Below, piece after piece: positions 25,601 to 42,560 of a DNA stretch of 64,000 bases (its first letter is position 1; every line of letters begins with the position of its first letter). The position numbers were made by a program, and so were the translations under genes. The notes below the pieces were generated by a model. It ran no database searches and had not been told where the DNA came from. It was given only the letters and a program-made list of their open reading frames with translations. The DNA is from Chrysemys picta bellii (Eukaryota), in contig NC_088791.1 of the NCBI RefSeq assembly GCF_011386835.1, positions 92,256,001 to 92,320,000 on the forward strand, read 5' to 3'.

Positions 25601-27002
25601 TACTTGACAGCTTAAGGAAAGCAGCAATGGAAGGAAAAAGCCAGAACCCCCTGAAAAAAAATTAACTCGACAAAGGAGCTAGAACATCTATTACTGCACA
25701 CCTGAGCATCGGCTTGTATGAAAGTCAGAGCTCAGCATGGGTGGGGGACAGACTAACGCCACAAGAACAAACACTTCTGTGCCAACTGGTGCCAGGCAAA
25801 GTTCACCTCCCCTACACACACTCCATCCTAGCTGGCGGCTCCATTTGCTGGGAGTACATGCACATCCTTCATGTTACCATGATTGAGGACTTGACTTGGG
25901 GACCCTTGCAGAGTCCTAGAAAGTAATTCTACCAGAGCAGCTGACAAGGAGCCTCCCCTACTGTGCCATGTTGCTAGCAGCTGGCACTTGCTCTTTGCAG
26001 ATCTTACAAACAAAGGTGGGTACCTGAGGGCTACAATACAACCACCACACCCACACCCTCCTCATTGCTTTCGTGTTCAGACTTCCCCTCTCACCTCTTG
26101 ATCAGCGCAGGCATTTTGCAGTTCCCGAAACCAGGCGGCAAGTCTTTGACCTTCTATTACATTTTATTTACAGAGCATTACAGTACATTTCATTGGTGGA
26201 ATTTACTCTGGGATTGTAAAAATATAATAATCATCCAGCAGTATTGTGCGTCTTGGAGTGGGGAAAAGAGCCAACATAAATACCCTGCTGTCTTCTTCTG
26301 GGCTGGATAAGATTTAGCTCATCTCACAGCAGGTGAAAAAATTAATTTATGAGTAAAACCAAGAGAGAGATTCCCTGCTGTAACTTGTTTTCTATCGCCT
26401 CCATTTCCCAGCTACTCTCTAGAGCCCTCTTTGGTTCCATGTCCATGTCCCAGAAAGGATGGGAGAGAGGGATGAGCAGCACATCATGGTGGTTCCCCTA
26501 GCGACAGCAGCCATGTTTCTGACTTACTTGCTCCCCCTGAGACCGCACACAGTGGTTGTGATTCTGTAATTTCGATGCTCCTCAGATCAGTTTGCAGGCT
26601 CCAGACACCAGCCTGAAATGCTAGCATTCCCCATATGCAGCAGCAGCTTCCGACAGCGCTCAGAAAGAGTCATGTCTGTGGGCTAATAGGATTTCCCAGA
26701 CTCAGAAATCCACCCTCAGATGCCAGCCCATCAGCTAAGTATGGGCTGTATTGCTCTCAAAGTTTGGTGCCTTTTCTGGAAGCTGTGACCTGGGGTTTAA
26801 CCCCCCACAAAAAATGGAGCTTGCAGGTACTGGGGGTTGTTCTTTGGCAAGGACAAAAGGGAGTTTTGACACATTTGGGGAGTGCCCAGCCCAAAGGAAC
26901 GACGCCCCTTCTTGTCTCCTGCACAGCTTTACTTGGGGCTTCCCCAGAGTGCAGTGCACATCCCTGCTCAAGGCCAGGAGGTCCCACCCAAGGGAGCAGG
27001 GA

Positions 27003-27112
27003 TTAGTCCTCTACCTCCTGCTTTATGCTGCTTATCAGAATGGGAAGTTCTGGGGCTCCGAATTCCACTGCTGACGGGTCGATAGTTTCCTCTTTCACTT
27101 GCACAGTGATAA
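27003..27112 (-). CDS. L3MBTL2: L3MBTL2 exon 17 (last coding exon)
   Basis: IITVQVKEETIDPSAVEFGAPELPILISSIKQEVED*; two psiKxE SUMO-consensus motifs (VKEE, IKQE) like the human C-terminus. Confidence 0.9.
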
Positions 27113-27854
27113 CTATTGAGAGACGGAAAGAGGATAAATCAGTCCACCCAGAAAGCTTCATTAACAGTTGGTGTCAACAGCTCCATGGGGCCCACTCTGT
27201 TCATACGGACACCCAGTGACAAATGCTTTGGGGGTCCCATCAGTCCCATTTCCCAGCGAGCAGGTGCCCACATCACATACAAATACCAGCCCAATTGGCC
27301 CCTCTTACTGGCAGCCTCAGCAGAGACCAAGATGGGAGCAGAACACAGAGTGACCTCCCATCTCAGGCCTCCAGGTCAGGGGAAGCCCATGCTATGGGTG
27401 CTGTACCTGTTCTGGGACTAAACAGGGCCAGTCAGCCTCCAGAAGCAGCTGTCATATTCTGGGACCGTTCTCTGGGGAGAAATTCTCCCTCTCTCACACA
27501 GTCAGAAACGCATCACCCCCCAACTGGGACCTGCGGAGGCCGATGAGGGACCCAGCAGCGAGGCGTGTCTCACATACAGCTGCTCACAGCATTATGCAGC
27601 AGTCAGTTCCTTTGTTTAGAGGCTGCTCTGTGTATGCTGGGGCTGCGCTAACCCTCGGCTTTCGTTGCCATGGAGTTATGCAACCCCCCAGAACCCTGTG
27701 GAAGACAGTTAAGTCTTGGCTGTGCTGTCTCCCCAGCCCAGGCCATAGGGACCCCATGCCATGTCTGCTAGGAAGGGGAGCACGCCACAGGATTGCTAAT
27801 GGCACCCAGCATGAAGGGGAGGGGCTGCAGGCTGGAGCGACTCCCTCTCCTTAC

Positions 27855-27977
27855 TCTCATCAGGTGCTGGCTCCAGTAAGGCCTTGCTTGCAGCTTTTGC
27901 TTCTCGCTTTGCTTTTGGGCCAGCTGGTTTCTTGGCTGCCTGCTTGAGGGACCGGGTTTTGGCAGACATCTTTTTCC
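27855..27977 (-). CDS. L3MBTL2: L3MBTL2 exon 16
   Basis: taag|GG AAA AAG ATG...; RKKMSAKTRSLKQAAKKP...; donor GTAAGG; phases 1/1 fit the neighbouring exons. Confidence 0.8.
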
Positions 27978-29011
27978 CTTAACAAAGAAGAATAAAGAGT
28001 GTTGGGGAAATCTGTCCTTTTACTAAACACCGTGTTCAACCTCCCCGGCGCAGAGGCGTCACAGGGCGGGGCTAAGCACACTTGACCAGCAAAATGCATT
28101 CTGATTGGCTGGAAGGTCATGATATTTCTCCCAATCAGACACACTCCCAACTCGCTGCTCGCTCTGAAGTGGTGGGGAGCGTCTGCAGGGGTTAACTCCC
28201 CGCACTCCACATAAACGCACTCCGAAGAGAGGCAGTGGAAGATGGCTATAACCACTCTTCCCATCATCCTAAATATCGAGCTGCAAGTTCTTACACATTA
28301 AGGCTCTGGTTCAGCAAAGCACTTAAGCACCTCAGCAGGCCCACTGAGCTCAGTAAGTGCTTTGCTTAATGCTCAGGGCCTAGATCCTGAAAAACTGGCA
28401 GGGGTGACCCTGTATTTGGTGTCTGTATAATGTTAGTTAGGGCATTATGGCGAATATAAACTCTGTGGGACAGGAAATGTCATTTACTATGTTTGTACAG
28501 CACCTAGCACCGTGGGGTTGTTGATTTTAGGTGCTCTCTCTCTCTCTCGCTCTCTCACACACACAACATGGTCTGAGTCCATTAGCTTCTGGTCCATCAC
28601 CATAACCATCCTCATCCCCTAACACTAATTGTTAGAAGCTCACATCATGGACTGATCCCAGCTACCCAGACCGGGCTCCCCGTCATTCTACAGACAACAG
28701 GGAAGCTGCACGTTGCCGATGAAAGTTCTCAAGAGGCAGGCAGTCCTAGTCTATGTTGGAGCCAACAGACACAGCTTAGCATCCTCCCCCCACACAGTGC
28801 CCAGGTCTCTCCTCAGCAACAGCAGCATGACGAGATGCAAAGAGGAATAATGCAGCTATAAACACACACTGGGCCAAGTGTATCCAGAGTCAAAAAAGGC
28901 CCTTCTCCTGCCTGCGGAGAGTCACACCTGAGAGGGTTCTTTTAACAGTTTCCAGCCAATGGGGGAAAAGGAGGGCGCTGTGGAGGCGGGGCTAATCAAA
29001 CTGTCACTCAC

Positions 29012-29077
29012 TTTTCTTTCCATAGGGTTTCTTCTTCTTCTTCGGCACCTCCTTGACCTTCACTGGCGTCGTGGGCT
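29012..29077 (-). CDS. L3MBTL2: L3MBTL2 exon 15
   Basis: EPTTPVKVKEVPKKKKKPYGKK (basic, NLS-like); donor GTGAGT. Confidence 0.88.
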
Positions 29078-29816
29078 CTGTCATCACGACAAGAGGGAAA
29101 TGAAAGCTGGGCTCCATCACCAGCAGATAACTGGAATGCCACGTTATAAGGCAGATACAAGACCCACTCCCTCTCCCTGAGCCAGCCTGCCACAAAAGCA
29201 GAGGGAAGAGCTGGCTATAGTGGTGCTGCTAGGTGTATGGATGTGAGGTGAGCATGACAGGCTGGGCATAGCTGGGGGCGCAGTGGTACACCAGGGAAGA
29301 TGGGGTAGTGCAGGGATGAGGCTAGCGATTCTGGGATGGAAGAAAGGAAGGTATCTGAAGTGCAGCAGTGGCAGCCCCTGCTAGTTGAAGAGAGGAGTGA
29401 CACCCGTGTCATCACAGGGCCTGGGAAAGGGAGGGGGGTAGAGCTGCACCTGCTGCAAGGTTGGGTGGGGTAAGGAAAGAGGGAGAGTACAGCTAGAAGG
29501 GGGCATGGAAGTGCTCACGTGATGCCCCATTTCAGCAGGAGCAATCCCCCATTGATTGCTGGGACGGAAAACAAGGGAGACTAAAATCCACCTCAAACTG
29601 TCAGTCTTCTCTCCTCACCACGCAGATCTGGTTCCTCTGGTCAGTGAATGAGCTGAGAGGGGGGTGAGGGGTGTATGGAGTCCATGTGGGACTAGGGAGA
29701 CGGTTTATCTTCCCCACAAGTCACAGAAGAGCAGGACATACAAAGCAGTGGGTCAGAAACCTGCCACCAAATTCAGCGTCACCACAAATCGGGGCAGAAG
29801 AACCAATCAGCGTTCA

Positions 29817-30263
<447 letters not shown>

Positions 30264-30607
30264 TCAGCCTGACCACAGAGATGCCAGATGCTAAACCAGG
30301 GGGTACAGCTCTGCAGGGTTCGAAGGACGTCTGACTGAGCCCCGTGAGCCAGCACAGTCATGGGGACCGAGGAAGTGAGACAGGTGTGGCACTGTCCCAT
30401 GACACCATCATGCCATTTTGCTGGTGTGGAATGACTCCTGCCTCCCCCTCCCAGAGAGGGCTGCATTTCAGTGCAGAGACTGATCCCTGTATGGACAATC
30501 TGTGATGAGCTTGGAGACCCGTGTGAGCTTTAAAGAAATGCAAGTCGCCCTAATCAAAAGCCCATTCCATTATGAAATTCAGAGCAAGACAGCACCCGCT
30601 GTCATCA

Positions 30608-30958
<351 letters not shown>

Positions 30959-31503
30959 CTATCCCCCGGCACTTCCAGGATGCAGCTCAAAGGAAGGTAA
31001 GAGGAACTGCACCGCTCTGCCAATGCACAGCAGTCCGGGACTCCCTTGCTGAGCACAGATTGGGAACAGCATCAAGCGGTACAATAGCTTTGAGACATGG
31101 ACAAACATGTATCCAACAGGGACTCAGCTGAAATTAAACAGCCCCTGTCAATCACCACATGCAGGAGGAAATGGACTTTAAACACATTACTAGGCATGAT
31201 CTCTCTCCTGCCACCAGGAATGTCAAGGGCAGTGTTGAAAGCAGGAGGAGACCCTCATTTTCTGGATCAGACAACCCAGGGGGTCTAGAATCCGCTGGCA
31301 GTGATAGAGAAGGCAAGTTCAGATCAGACTTCCATTTTATTTCAGATTAGGAGCCATCAAATACTAAACATTCTTTGGAGCAAGACGTGAGAGTAAGGCC
31401 AGTTCGAATGGATCAGCTGTTGCAACCTCACCAACCCTGACTCTTCAAAAAAGAAGCAAGCAGGCCTGGGCCCCACAATTTTGGTCAGTCCGAGCCACAT
31501 TTA

Positions 31504-31776
<273 letters not shown>

Positions 31777-33104
31777 CTAAAGCCTTTCATCCTGAAAGAT
31801 CCCCAAGGCCTCTATGGTTTGTCTATCGGAGGATCATACCCTCGCTAGTGAAATGCAGCCACCTCTGGGGTGGAGCATGGTAGGTGCTAAACAATGCACA
31901 GCAATACACTGAAATGTTGTATCATAGATGGAGGAGTGGGAGCTTCTCCAGCTGAAACTGCAGCAGGAGTTTTAGTCAACAGGACCTAGTGACCTGGAAT
32001 GGAATTTGACAGGGACACAGGGCTGATGTCAACGCTCTTGTGAAAAGTGCCATAACCTTAAATGGTCAGGAGCTCAGTTTTCCATCTCAAAGGACAGTGC
32101 CTCCTCCAGCAGCTCAGAGCCCCCTCAAGGCAGTGATGGGTCACTGGTTCACTACTGACTCAAGAGGGAACAGCACAACCCATTGTCTCACCACCACCAC
32201 TCTGTGCCTTGGGAGTCCCCATCCAATCACCAACCAGGCCTGACCCTGCTTAACCTATAAAATATAGCAGGCGTACATGATGCAGGAGTTAACAAAGTCG
32301 CCTATTCGTTCCCACAGTTCCAATCCTTCAAAATGGCTCGTGCCAGACATGGCTTCAGGGGAACATTTCTGGACAAATAAAGAGCCCTCCTGTAAGTTCT
32401 AGTCAACCTTTTGCTTCAAGTCCCTCCCCTCTGGGTTGTGCGAGGAGACGATGATTTTCTGGGAGAGAATTGGAAGCCCCTGGTGATGCTGCCTCTCAAG
32501 TTATGCAAAGTGGACTACAGAGTCTAGAGAAGGAAAAGGCTCCCGGGGATCATATCGCCCATCGCCCTGGTAAGTGATGCAAGGCGCTCCACAGGGAGCG
32601 GGGAGTGATGGGAGAGAAAGCAAGACTGGGAAGCCAGGCAATGCAGAATGTAGGAATACACACAGCCCTTCCCCCTAACATTCCCTGCATCCCTTACTCC
32701 TCAAAGCCATGCTCTGTACCCTGTGCTGACACCCTCCAGGAGCTGCTGAGATCTTCTGGGAAAGCAGATCCTCCCTTCTGATTATCCAGGGGCAGAGGAT
32801 GTGGGAGAAGTGCATAACACATGGGCTGCACTGGCAAGGAACTCAACCAGCTGCAGCAAGTCCACTTGTCCTCAGGCAGCATATACACACCTGTAAACTG
32901 ACCCCAGCCTTGAGTGCCCCCACTGCTGAAGCCGCCGGCAGTCTGCTGGCCCCTGAACAAGTGCCCCAACCCAACCTCCTTCCCTGCTGCCTCACTCCCT
33001 CAGAACCCTCCCAAAACAGGAGCCCTGACTCCTCTCACAAGCCCCAGACAGGCCCCCTACCTCGTCCTGCCCTCTAAGGATGCTGAGCAGAGGCTCGGAT
33101 GTCA

Positions 33105-33272
<168 letters not shown>

Positions 33273-34145
33273 CTAAACAGACCGCGGGGAAAAGACAAAC
33301 TGGGAGTCACCGTCAGGACCATGGCCCGTCTCTGAGTGCAAAGGGGATTCAAAGACCCAGAGGGGCACAGCAGGGTGGAAGAAGGGGAAGGAAAGGTTGC
33401 CCTAAAGCAGAAAACCAAATGACTGAAACACGATGGGGGGGGGAGAAGGGGGGAAGGTGCTAATTTGATTCTAAAACAGAGGCAAACTAAGCCCAATGGA
33501 ACAAAGAGAAACCCCCATAAAATCAATCAATAAATCAATCAAAGAGCCAGCCACCCCAATGCCATCCCCAACCCAGAGCCAACAAGCCTCCCATGGAGCA
33601 AGCCCTTCCTTCCAGCCCAGCCTCTGTAGCACACAAGCCTCTGACCTGAGCTCCCTCAGACCTCCCTCGTGTTAGCATCCCCTTCCACCCTTGGCTGACG
33701 ACTACTGTGCATCCACCCCCTGATCTAAGTGCAGGAACACCTCCCTCCCGACCCCCACGCAAGCCCTGTCCCCAACCGAGCCTCTCAGCTACTCCTCACC
33801 CAAGTTCCTAGTTCTGCCTGCATCCTCAAGTCCCTCCATCCTGACCTTGAATGAGCAAATGTCCTCTCCGGCTCCTGACCACGTCCCCCACCCCATCCTC
33901 AAACATCCCCCATTCCAGCTCCAAGCCCCCACATCCCCAACATCAAGCAAAGCCTCAGGGCAAGTGAACCCCCTCATCCCAGCCCCAAACAAGCCCACCG
34001 TGCTGAGTTCTGTGGGCCAGACATTGCTCTGCTGCCGCGAGGGGGAAGAGAGCTCAGCATCTACATGAGTTAGAGTCCAAAGAGCAGTGCGGAAGTGCGG
34101 GATGGGTCCCACCATCTCCTGGCAAAGCTTCCCCCATCACCCCCT

Positions 34146-34985
<840 letters not shown>

Positions 34986-35724
34986 TCAGCATTGATAAGA
35001 AACCGGAAGGCACCAGGTAGTCAGAAAGGGCTGGAAGGGGATGTTCAAAATTACAAAGGGAAAATGCATCAGTCCCTTTGTATTACTATATCCTGTATTA
35101 TGGAAATAAAGGGTCCCTTGAACTCAAAGGATGGTAGATTTATCACGGATATAAACTTCTATACACAATATATGATAACCAGGCGGAGATGTGCTCTGGG
35201 GGGTCAGCAGGAGAAAGGGAAGGACACCTACGCTGAACTTGGATTTCTTTTTTAAAGCATAACAAAGCATGCTGGCCCCTTTAGGAGTGGGTGCTGCTAG
35301 CCTGCCTCTTAATAATAATGAAAAGAATTCTAGGAACTGATGGGAAGAGTAGTCCAAGATCATATGATGCCTCTTGGTCTCTGGACTCCCCTGGGGAACT
35401 ATATTGCCCACAAATTCCTCTCCTTAAAAGGCCAAGCCCCAGAAAGTGGTGACCTAATGTCACCTGCTTTTAAAGGGGCCAGCAAGCTTTGTCACATAAG
35501 GCTCAATAAATGTATAGCCATTAATACCATCTGTAACTATGCAGGCTAACATAAAGGTACAGTGTACTCACACTTCACGGGGAGAAACTGACTGCCTCTT
35601 GAGGAATCGAATAAGAAATTACACTTGTACCACTGACATGCAGCAGAGCGTATTTGGCCAGGTGCATTACACTGGGTTGTTTGGCCTCTGCAACATCTCA
35701 TAATGGATACTAGAGAGTAGGTTA

Positions 35725-36234
<510 letters not shown>

Positions 36235-37708
36235 TTATACAACATGACCCTCTCCACATGCACACTGATCACTTGGCTGCACGTCAGCGCTGGGAGGAAC
36301 AGACACCTCGAGGGAGGGACACAGCAGCCATTCTGAGACCGTGCCGCTGCACAACTGGGGACAAGAAGGGCTGAATAACCAGTCCTAGTGAAATCCCTGT
36401 GATAATTATAGTTTGGCAGAATGCAACTGCTTCAACCCAAACTGGGCCAGGGCAAGGGGTCTCACTCCTCACTTCCGGTGAAGGTGGCCAAAAGGTCTTC
36501 CATAGCCACCTCAGGTCAGAAACTTATTGGAGTCTCTCAATTGACTTCAAGGGGCGTGGGATCAAGCCCTTTGTTTCACACTTCCTAGAAAGACCGAACC
36601 TCCAGCAACACCCTCCAATCCCACCACTATCCTGGAGCACTTGTACAGACTAACTAAGGGACTTCATACTGAGTCACCCGCATCACCCTGGCTTTTCCTT
36701 TGGGGGACTCCCAAATTTTGATCAGGCCCAACCCAACCTATCCTTGAGAACGTTCAAAGGCATTTATAAAGTAGGTATATCAGAGCCCAGGGGCTCAGAG
36801 AGCAGGGAGATCTAGTGCCATGTGGCAAAATGCACGTTAGCAACATCTCTATGGGGCCACAACCCCACATGTGCCTTGTAGAAGTTTTTCTCCAGACTTG
36901 GGCATGAGGAGAAAGAGTATTTCTGTCTGGAAACGCCTTGGACACGGTAACATTCCAGTCTCTCTCTAGCACTTCACTGCCAACTCTCCCCTTAGTCAGT
37001 GGCAACTCTCACCAGAGCTTGTCTCCACCACGGCTCAGTGGGTCTGACAGATTATCCCATGAACAAACAGCTTCATTGTAATCACAACCGCCTCAGAAAC
37101 CATGGAAGACTCTAGTTCAGTGTCTCCAGTTCAATGTCCCTGACTACCCTGGATTCTGCAGATAAGTGAATCCCGTCAAGTTCTTTTTCTGCCTGCCATT
37201 TCATGGTATTATTTTCCCCATCAGAAATTTAGAAAGAAACTTTTCAAAACTTGCCAGCAGGGGGAGCCTGCCTTCTCGCTCGACTGACGAGTCGCATCTA
37301 CTAACATCCTTTCAGATTATTAAAAAAATCTGCCGAACTGTCAAGATCTAAATGACTTTTCACATCCAGTGCTACTGACTCTGTGCATTTCAGGAGAGCC
37401 AGTGACGCTAGTCTAGTCAGTTTGGTCTTTCTCTCATTCCCCAGCATGTTGCTGTGCTTCCAAAAGTGAAGAATGTTTCTGTTCAAAACAAACAACTCAT
37501 TCACTGAAATAAAACAATTCACATTTAACAGCAGGATTTGCTTGTGTGCGCACGCACAAAGGGAAACAAAACCCCCACCAATATTTGGGCCTCAACTGTT
37601 TAAGAACATCCTTTTAAGCCCTGTCCTGAAAGAGAAGCAATCAGGCTGACTGGGTCAAAGAACCCGCACTGCCAAAGGAGCATTCTGTCCTACTTTCCAG
37701 GTATGTCA

Positions 37709-37996
<288 letters not shown>

Positions 37997-38654
37997 TCAT
38001 GTTACATGTCCGTTGCACCTTCATGAGGGCACAAAGTTAACAATGCATTTGACCCCTTCCCTCCTTTCCAGGAACTGCCGGTCTCAATTCAAGATGTTCT
38101 TCCCATTCAGATACACCAATGATCACTAGTTTTTCCACTCACACATTCACAGCCACACTGCAGCTATGCACCGGCAGAATGTCAGGTGTCTGATGAGCTC
38201 GAGGGGCTTTGCAACCATTTGGCATAGAAAGCAGAAGAAAATTAGTTGTTATTATTCTATTATCTTTGCACCAAGGAGCCCCAGTACAGATCAGGATCCC
38301 ATTGTGCTAGGTGTATACATATTTAGAATAGTGGTTGGTACAGAGGAGGTCAGTCAGCCCCTAACACAAGAACTAGGGAGCACTTGATGAAAATTAAAAG
38401 GCACCAAATTTAGAATGGATAAAAGGAAATCCCCTCAACCCAAAGGCCGGTTGGAGGTGGGATACTGAGCTAGAAGACATGATCTGTGCCTTGGAAAACT
38501 TACAAACTAAGATCCCAATCCTGCAACTGGATTGACACACATGAACCTGTGTATCCATGCAGGGCACCACTAATTTCAAAGGGGCTTCACTTGGGAGCAA
38601 GAGTCTGCCCATGCTGATATGATTGCCAGACCAGGGCCTAATTTGGGACATGAG

Positions 38655-39245
38655 GCTGTATAGATTCATAGATTCCAAAGCCAAGAAGGGACCATTATGA
38701 TCCTCTAGTCCAGTGGCTTTCAACCTTTCCAGACTACCCCAAGTTTTTCTTGTGTACCCCAAGTTTCACCTCACTTAAAAACTTGCTTACAAAATCAGAC
38801 ATAAAAATACAAAAGTGTCACAGCCACACTAGTACTGACAAATTGCTGACTTTCTCATTTTTACCATACAATTATAAAATAAATGAATTGGAATATAAAT
38901 GTACTTACATTTCAGTGTATAGACTACAGAGCAGTATAAACAAGTCATTGTCTGTATGAAATTTTAGTTTGTACTGACTTTGCTAGTGCTTTTTATGTAG
39001 CCTATTGTAAAACTAGGCAAATATCTAGATGAGTTGATGTACCCGCTGGAAGACCTCTGCATACCCCCAGGGGTATGCATATCCCTGGCTGAGAACCTCT
39101 GCTCTAGTCTGATCTCATGTAAAACACAGGCCATAGAACTTCCCCAAAATAATTCCTAGAGGAGATAGTTTAGAAAAACATCCAGTCTTGATTTAAAGAT
39201 GATCAGGGATGGAGAATCCACCCCGAGCCTTGGTAAATTGTTCCA
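38655..39245 (-). mobile_element. CR1 3' fragment interrupted by a hAT MITE
   Basis: tcatagattccaaagccaagaagggacc CR1 end resumes after the insertion at 39102. Confidence 0.7.
38711..39101. mobile_element. hAT MITE (Charlie-like TIR CAGTGG)
   Basis: cagtggctttcaac ... gctgagaacctctg; perfect 8-bp TSD ctctagtc (38703-38710, 39102-39109). Confidence 0.88.
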
Positions 39246-39648
39246 AGGTCATAGGGGCCGGGGGGGAAGATTGGAATAGGCTTTGGAAATGGAAATCATC
39301 TGAGTAAGACATGTAAGTCAAGATATGTCAATTTCAAACTATGTAAGTAGCATTTAACTCCCCCTTCCCCCCCAATGTGCCAGAATTCTGCTCTTTTACC
39401 AGCACCTCTAGTGAGCTTTCTGGTTGAGGATGGATAGACACAGTTCTTCCCATCACCCTCCAGCACCACTCCTAATCAACCAGAGGGAGTTGCAGAGAGA
39501 GCAATGCAAGGAGCTGCTTTCTCAGGACCAAGAGAAATGAACACTTCATAAACAGAAGACAGCAGCAGATCTGCATTCCCAAGCGTTACAAACAGGACAT
39601 CGCAAGACTAAATTAGGAGAGAAACCAAGACTGCTACATGTGGAATTA

Positions 39649-39885
<237 letters not shown>

Positions 39886-40186
39886 TTACTTTGTTCCCTA
39901 CAATACATTCTCCAGCACTACATGGAAATTGGCTTCCAGTGACTCAAGCAAAAGGACTTCCACTTCCCTTGGAAGACTAGCACAGCTTAATGGAGCGCAG
40001 CAACAAAGTCCTTCCACGAGTCCTGCCGGTTTACCTTTGTTTAGGTTCCATCTATTACTCCTAAACAACTCTTCTCCCTCCTGGCATTTCCCCCTTTCAA
40101 AGACCCCTGGATGGCTCCCATAGCCCCGTTAAGTTGTCATATGGCCAGGCCAGATAGATTTAGCTCTTTTAAACATTCCTCAATTA

Positions 40187-40453
<267 letters not shown>

Positions 40454-42289
40454 TCATTTAAACCACAGGTATTTCTAGCCCTTAGGGCTGTAAAGAAAAA
40501 CTATGACAACACGAACCCAGCATAATGAGGTACAATTGCCTTCGTAAGTCTGCACACACCCTGAAACAGCAAGTTCTGAACTGTTCAGTTCATCCCAATG
40601 GGGTATTGACTTTGAAATCCAAAGATGGCTTTAGCGCCCAGATCATAACAAGACTGACACCACCAAGCTGTTCTCTGGCTCTGGGACAAGCAACAGTGAC
40701 TGCATAACTTCAGAATGAGAAAGAAGAGTTTTCCATACCTCTGGTGAGCTAACTATGACCCTGCGGTGCCAGTCCATTAGGACAAGCGTGCTAATCACCA
40801 GGAGAAAAAAAAGAGGCAATTGCCCCATGGAAGCTGGCTACCCCAGACAATCACCCAGCAGCTGGACACCAGTTTGAGATCATGAAGACCACAGTAGGTG
40901 CTACTATCATGGTTGTTATTTCATGGGCTGCATGCATGGCAGTACAGTGTTGTAGGGGTGCGTGAGCAAGGTGGCCAACGTGCCAGAAATCACTGAAGGA
41001 CTTGAAGTATTACACTTTCCAAACGGTTTAGGAGCTATCAATAGAACTCACTTGGCCCTTCTTCTCCCACAAGTACATCACAGCAGCACTGCCTTATAGT
41101 GACACCAGCCCCAGTGGAGCAGCATAGCAGGTACCTGAACACGTATATAGGAAGACCACCCAAAGCACATGATGCCACAATACAGAAAAAGTCTAGAGTT
41201 TAAGAATGGACCAGAGGGAGGGAAAATTATTCCCATAATAAAATATTGACATGAATGGTGTCCCCACTCCCAGTGGGGTCCTAAGTGCATAGCCACTTCC
41301 TAATCACACCCACTCAGAGGATGCCATTTCAGCTATATATTTAGCAGGAAGGTGGTAGAATGGGTTTTTGGGGGGGCTGAGAGCAAGGCAGAGCTATCCA
41401 CTGACCTGCAATGACAGCACAGGGACAAGCATAGCAATTATAACATCTGTTTACTGCATATGTGAAACCAAGGGAGATGACGTCTATGATGCAGAATTGA
41501 CTGCAAGCTACAGGCGGCTGATAGGGCACACTGCTGCATTTGAAGCAGTTATTTATATTAGTACTGCATACAATGGTGAAGTACGAGATAGAAGCTCTCT
41601 GTGCATCCACCTTCAAAGTGCTAATGGATATGGGGATTCAGTTTTTGCACCAGGACTCCGCTGCACTGGGGTTCAGTTTCTCCGTCAGTGGCAGAAGTGA
41701 TGTATAGTCATTATCCCCTTAGCTTAGAGCTCAGCTCTGCCACCTTGATTAGCAGCTTTCACTAGTAGTAGCCCCATTGCCTAGTATCTGCCCTGAAAAC
41801 AATGTAGGTGACAGATTTAGGCCCTTCATGTATACAGTGTGGAAGTTTATGGCAGAAAGCATTGGGGGGGGGGGGGGTGTACTGATGGGCCAACTGCTGC
41901 AATTAAGAGATGTTCTGCAACATTAGAGTGGAGGGAGCACATCCTTGTTTGTATGCATGTATATAACGTCTGCTTGGGTGAGCGAGGTGGTAGGGGGAGG
42001 GAATTGTAAACAGGAATAATTCACTGCAGTATTACAATTAAAGAGGAGGAGGGGGGCTGTCTAAGGCACCAGAGGCTCTCTTATCCAGGAATATTTTTAT
42101 TGAACACTAAAGGCTATAGGCCAGCTGCAGGAGTAAGACATAACAGCACAGTGCAACAGATCACAGTGACTGATTTGTTGGAGCCACATTTACACTGTAG
42201 CCTTGGCCAGGAGGCCTAATGTTGGGTCAATGTAGCAGCCATTTTCTCCTGAGTGACTGTTGATTTGGTGTTTTCTTTAGGAACCATCT

Positions 42290-42560
42290 CTTCCATTTGC
42301 ACTTCTCATTCCAGAAAGAGTTCTGCTTCATTTTCCTGTCCTCCTCGTAGAACCTTCCCTTGTCTCTCATAGGCAAGCCTCATTTTAACCACCTTCTCAA
42401 ACTCATACATGAGTTCAGAACCCTGGCACATGTTCTGGAACACGTCTTGTCCGCTCTTCTTCTGGTCCCCGAGGTCTGTGAACCTTTTCACCACAGTGGA
42501 TCTGATCAGCTTCTTCCCAGCCTGCTCTGGGAGGTCTATACTGGGGCAATGGTCACTGAA
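42290..42560 (-). mobile_element. Possible decayed Harbinger Myb/SANT-protein ORF remnant in L3MBTL2 intron 5
   Basis: RFTDLGDQKKSGQDVFQNMCQGSE resembles, from memory, the RL..IRRRKKRTR.DMF.ELM segment of sauropsid Harbinger accessory proteins; weak. Confidence 0.35.

Noticed and set aside
27860-28267. 135-aa minus-strand ORF
   Set aside because: Wrong frame; the real exon 16 (27977-27855) is read in another frame set by the splice phases
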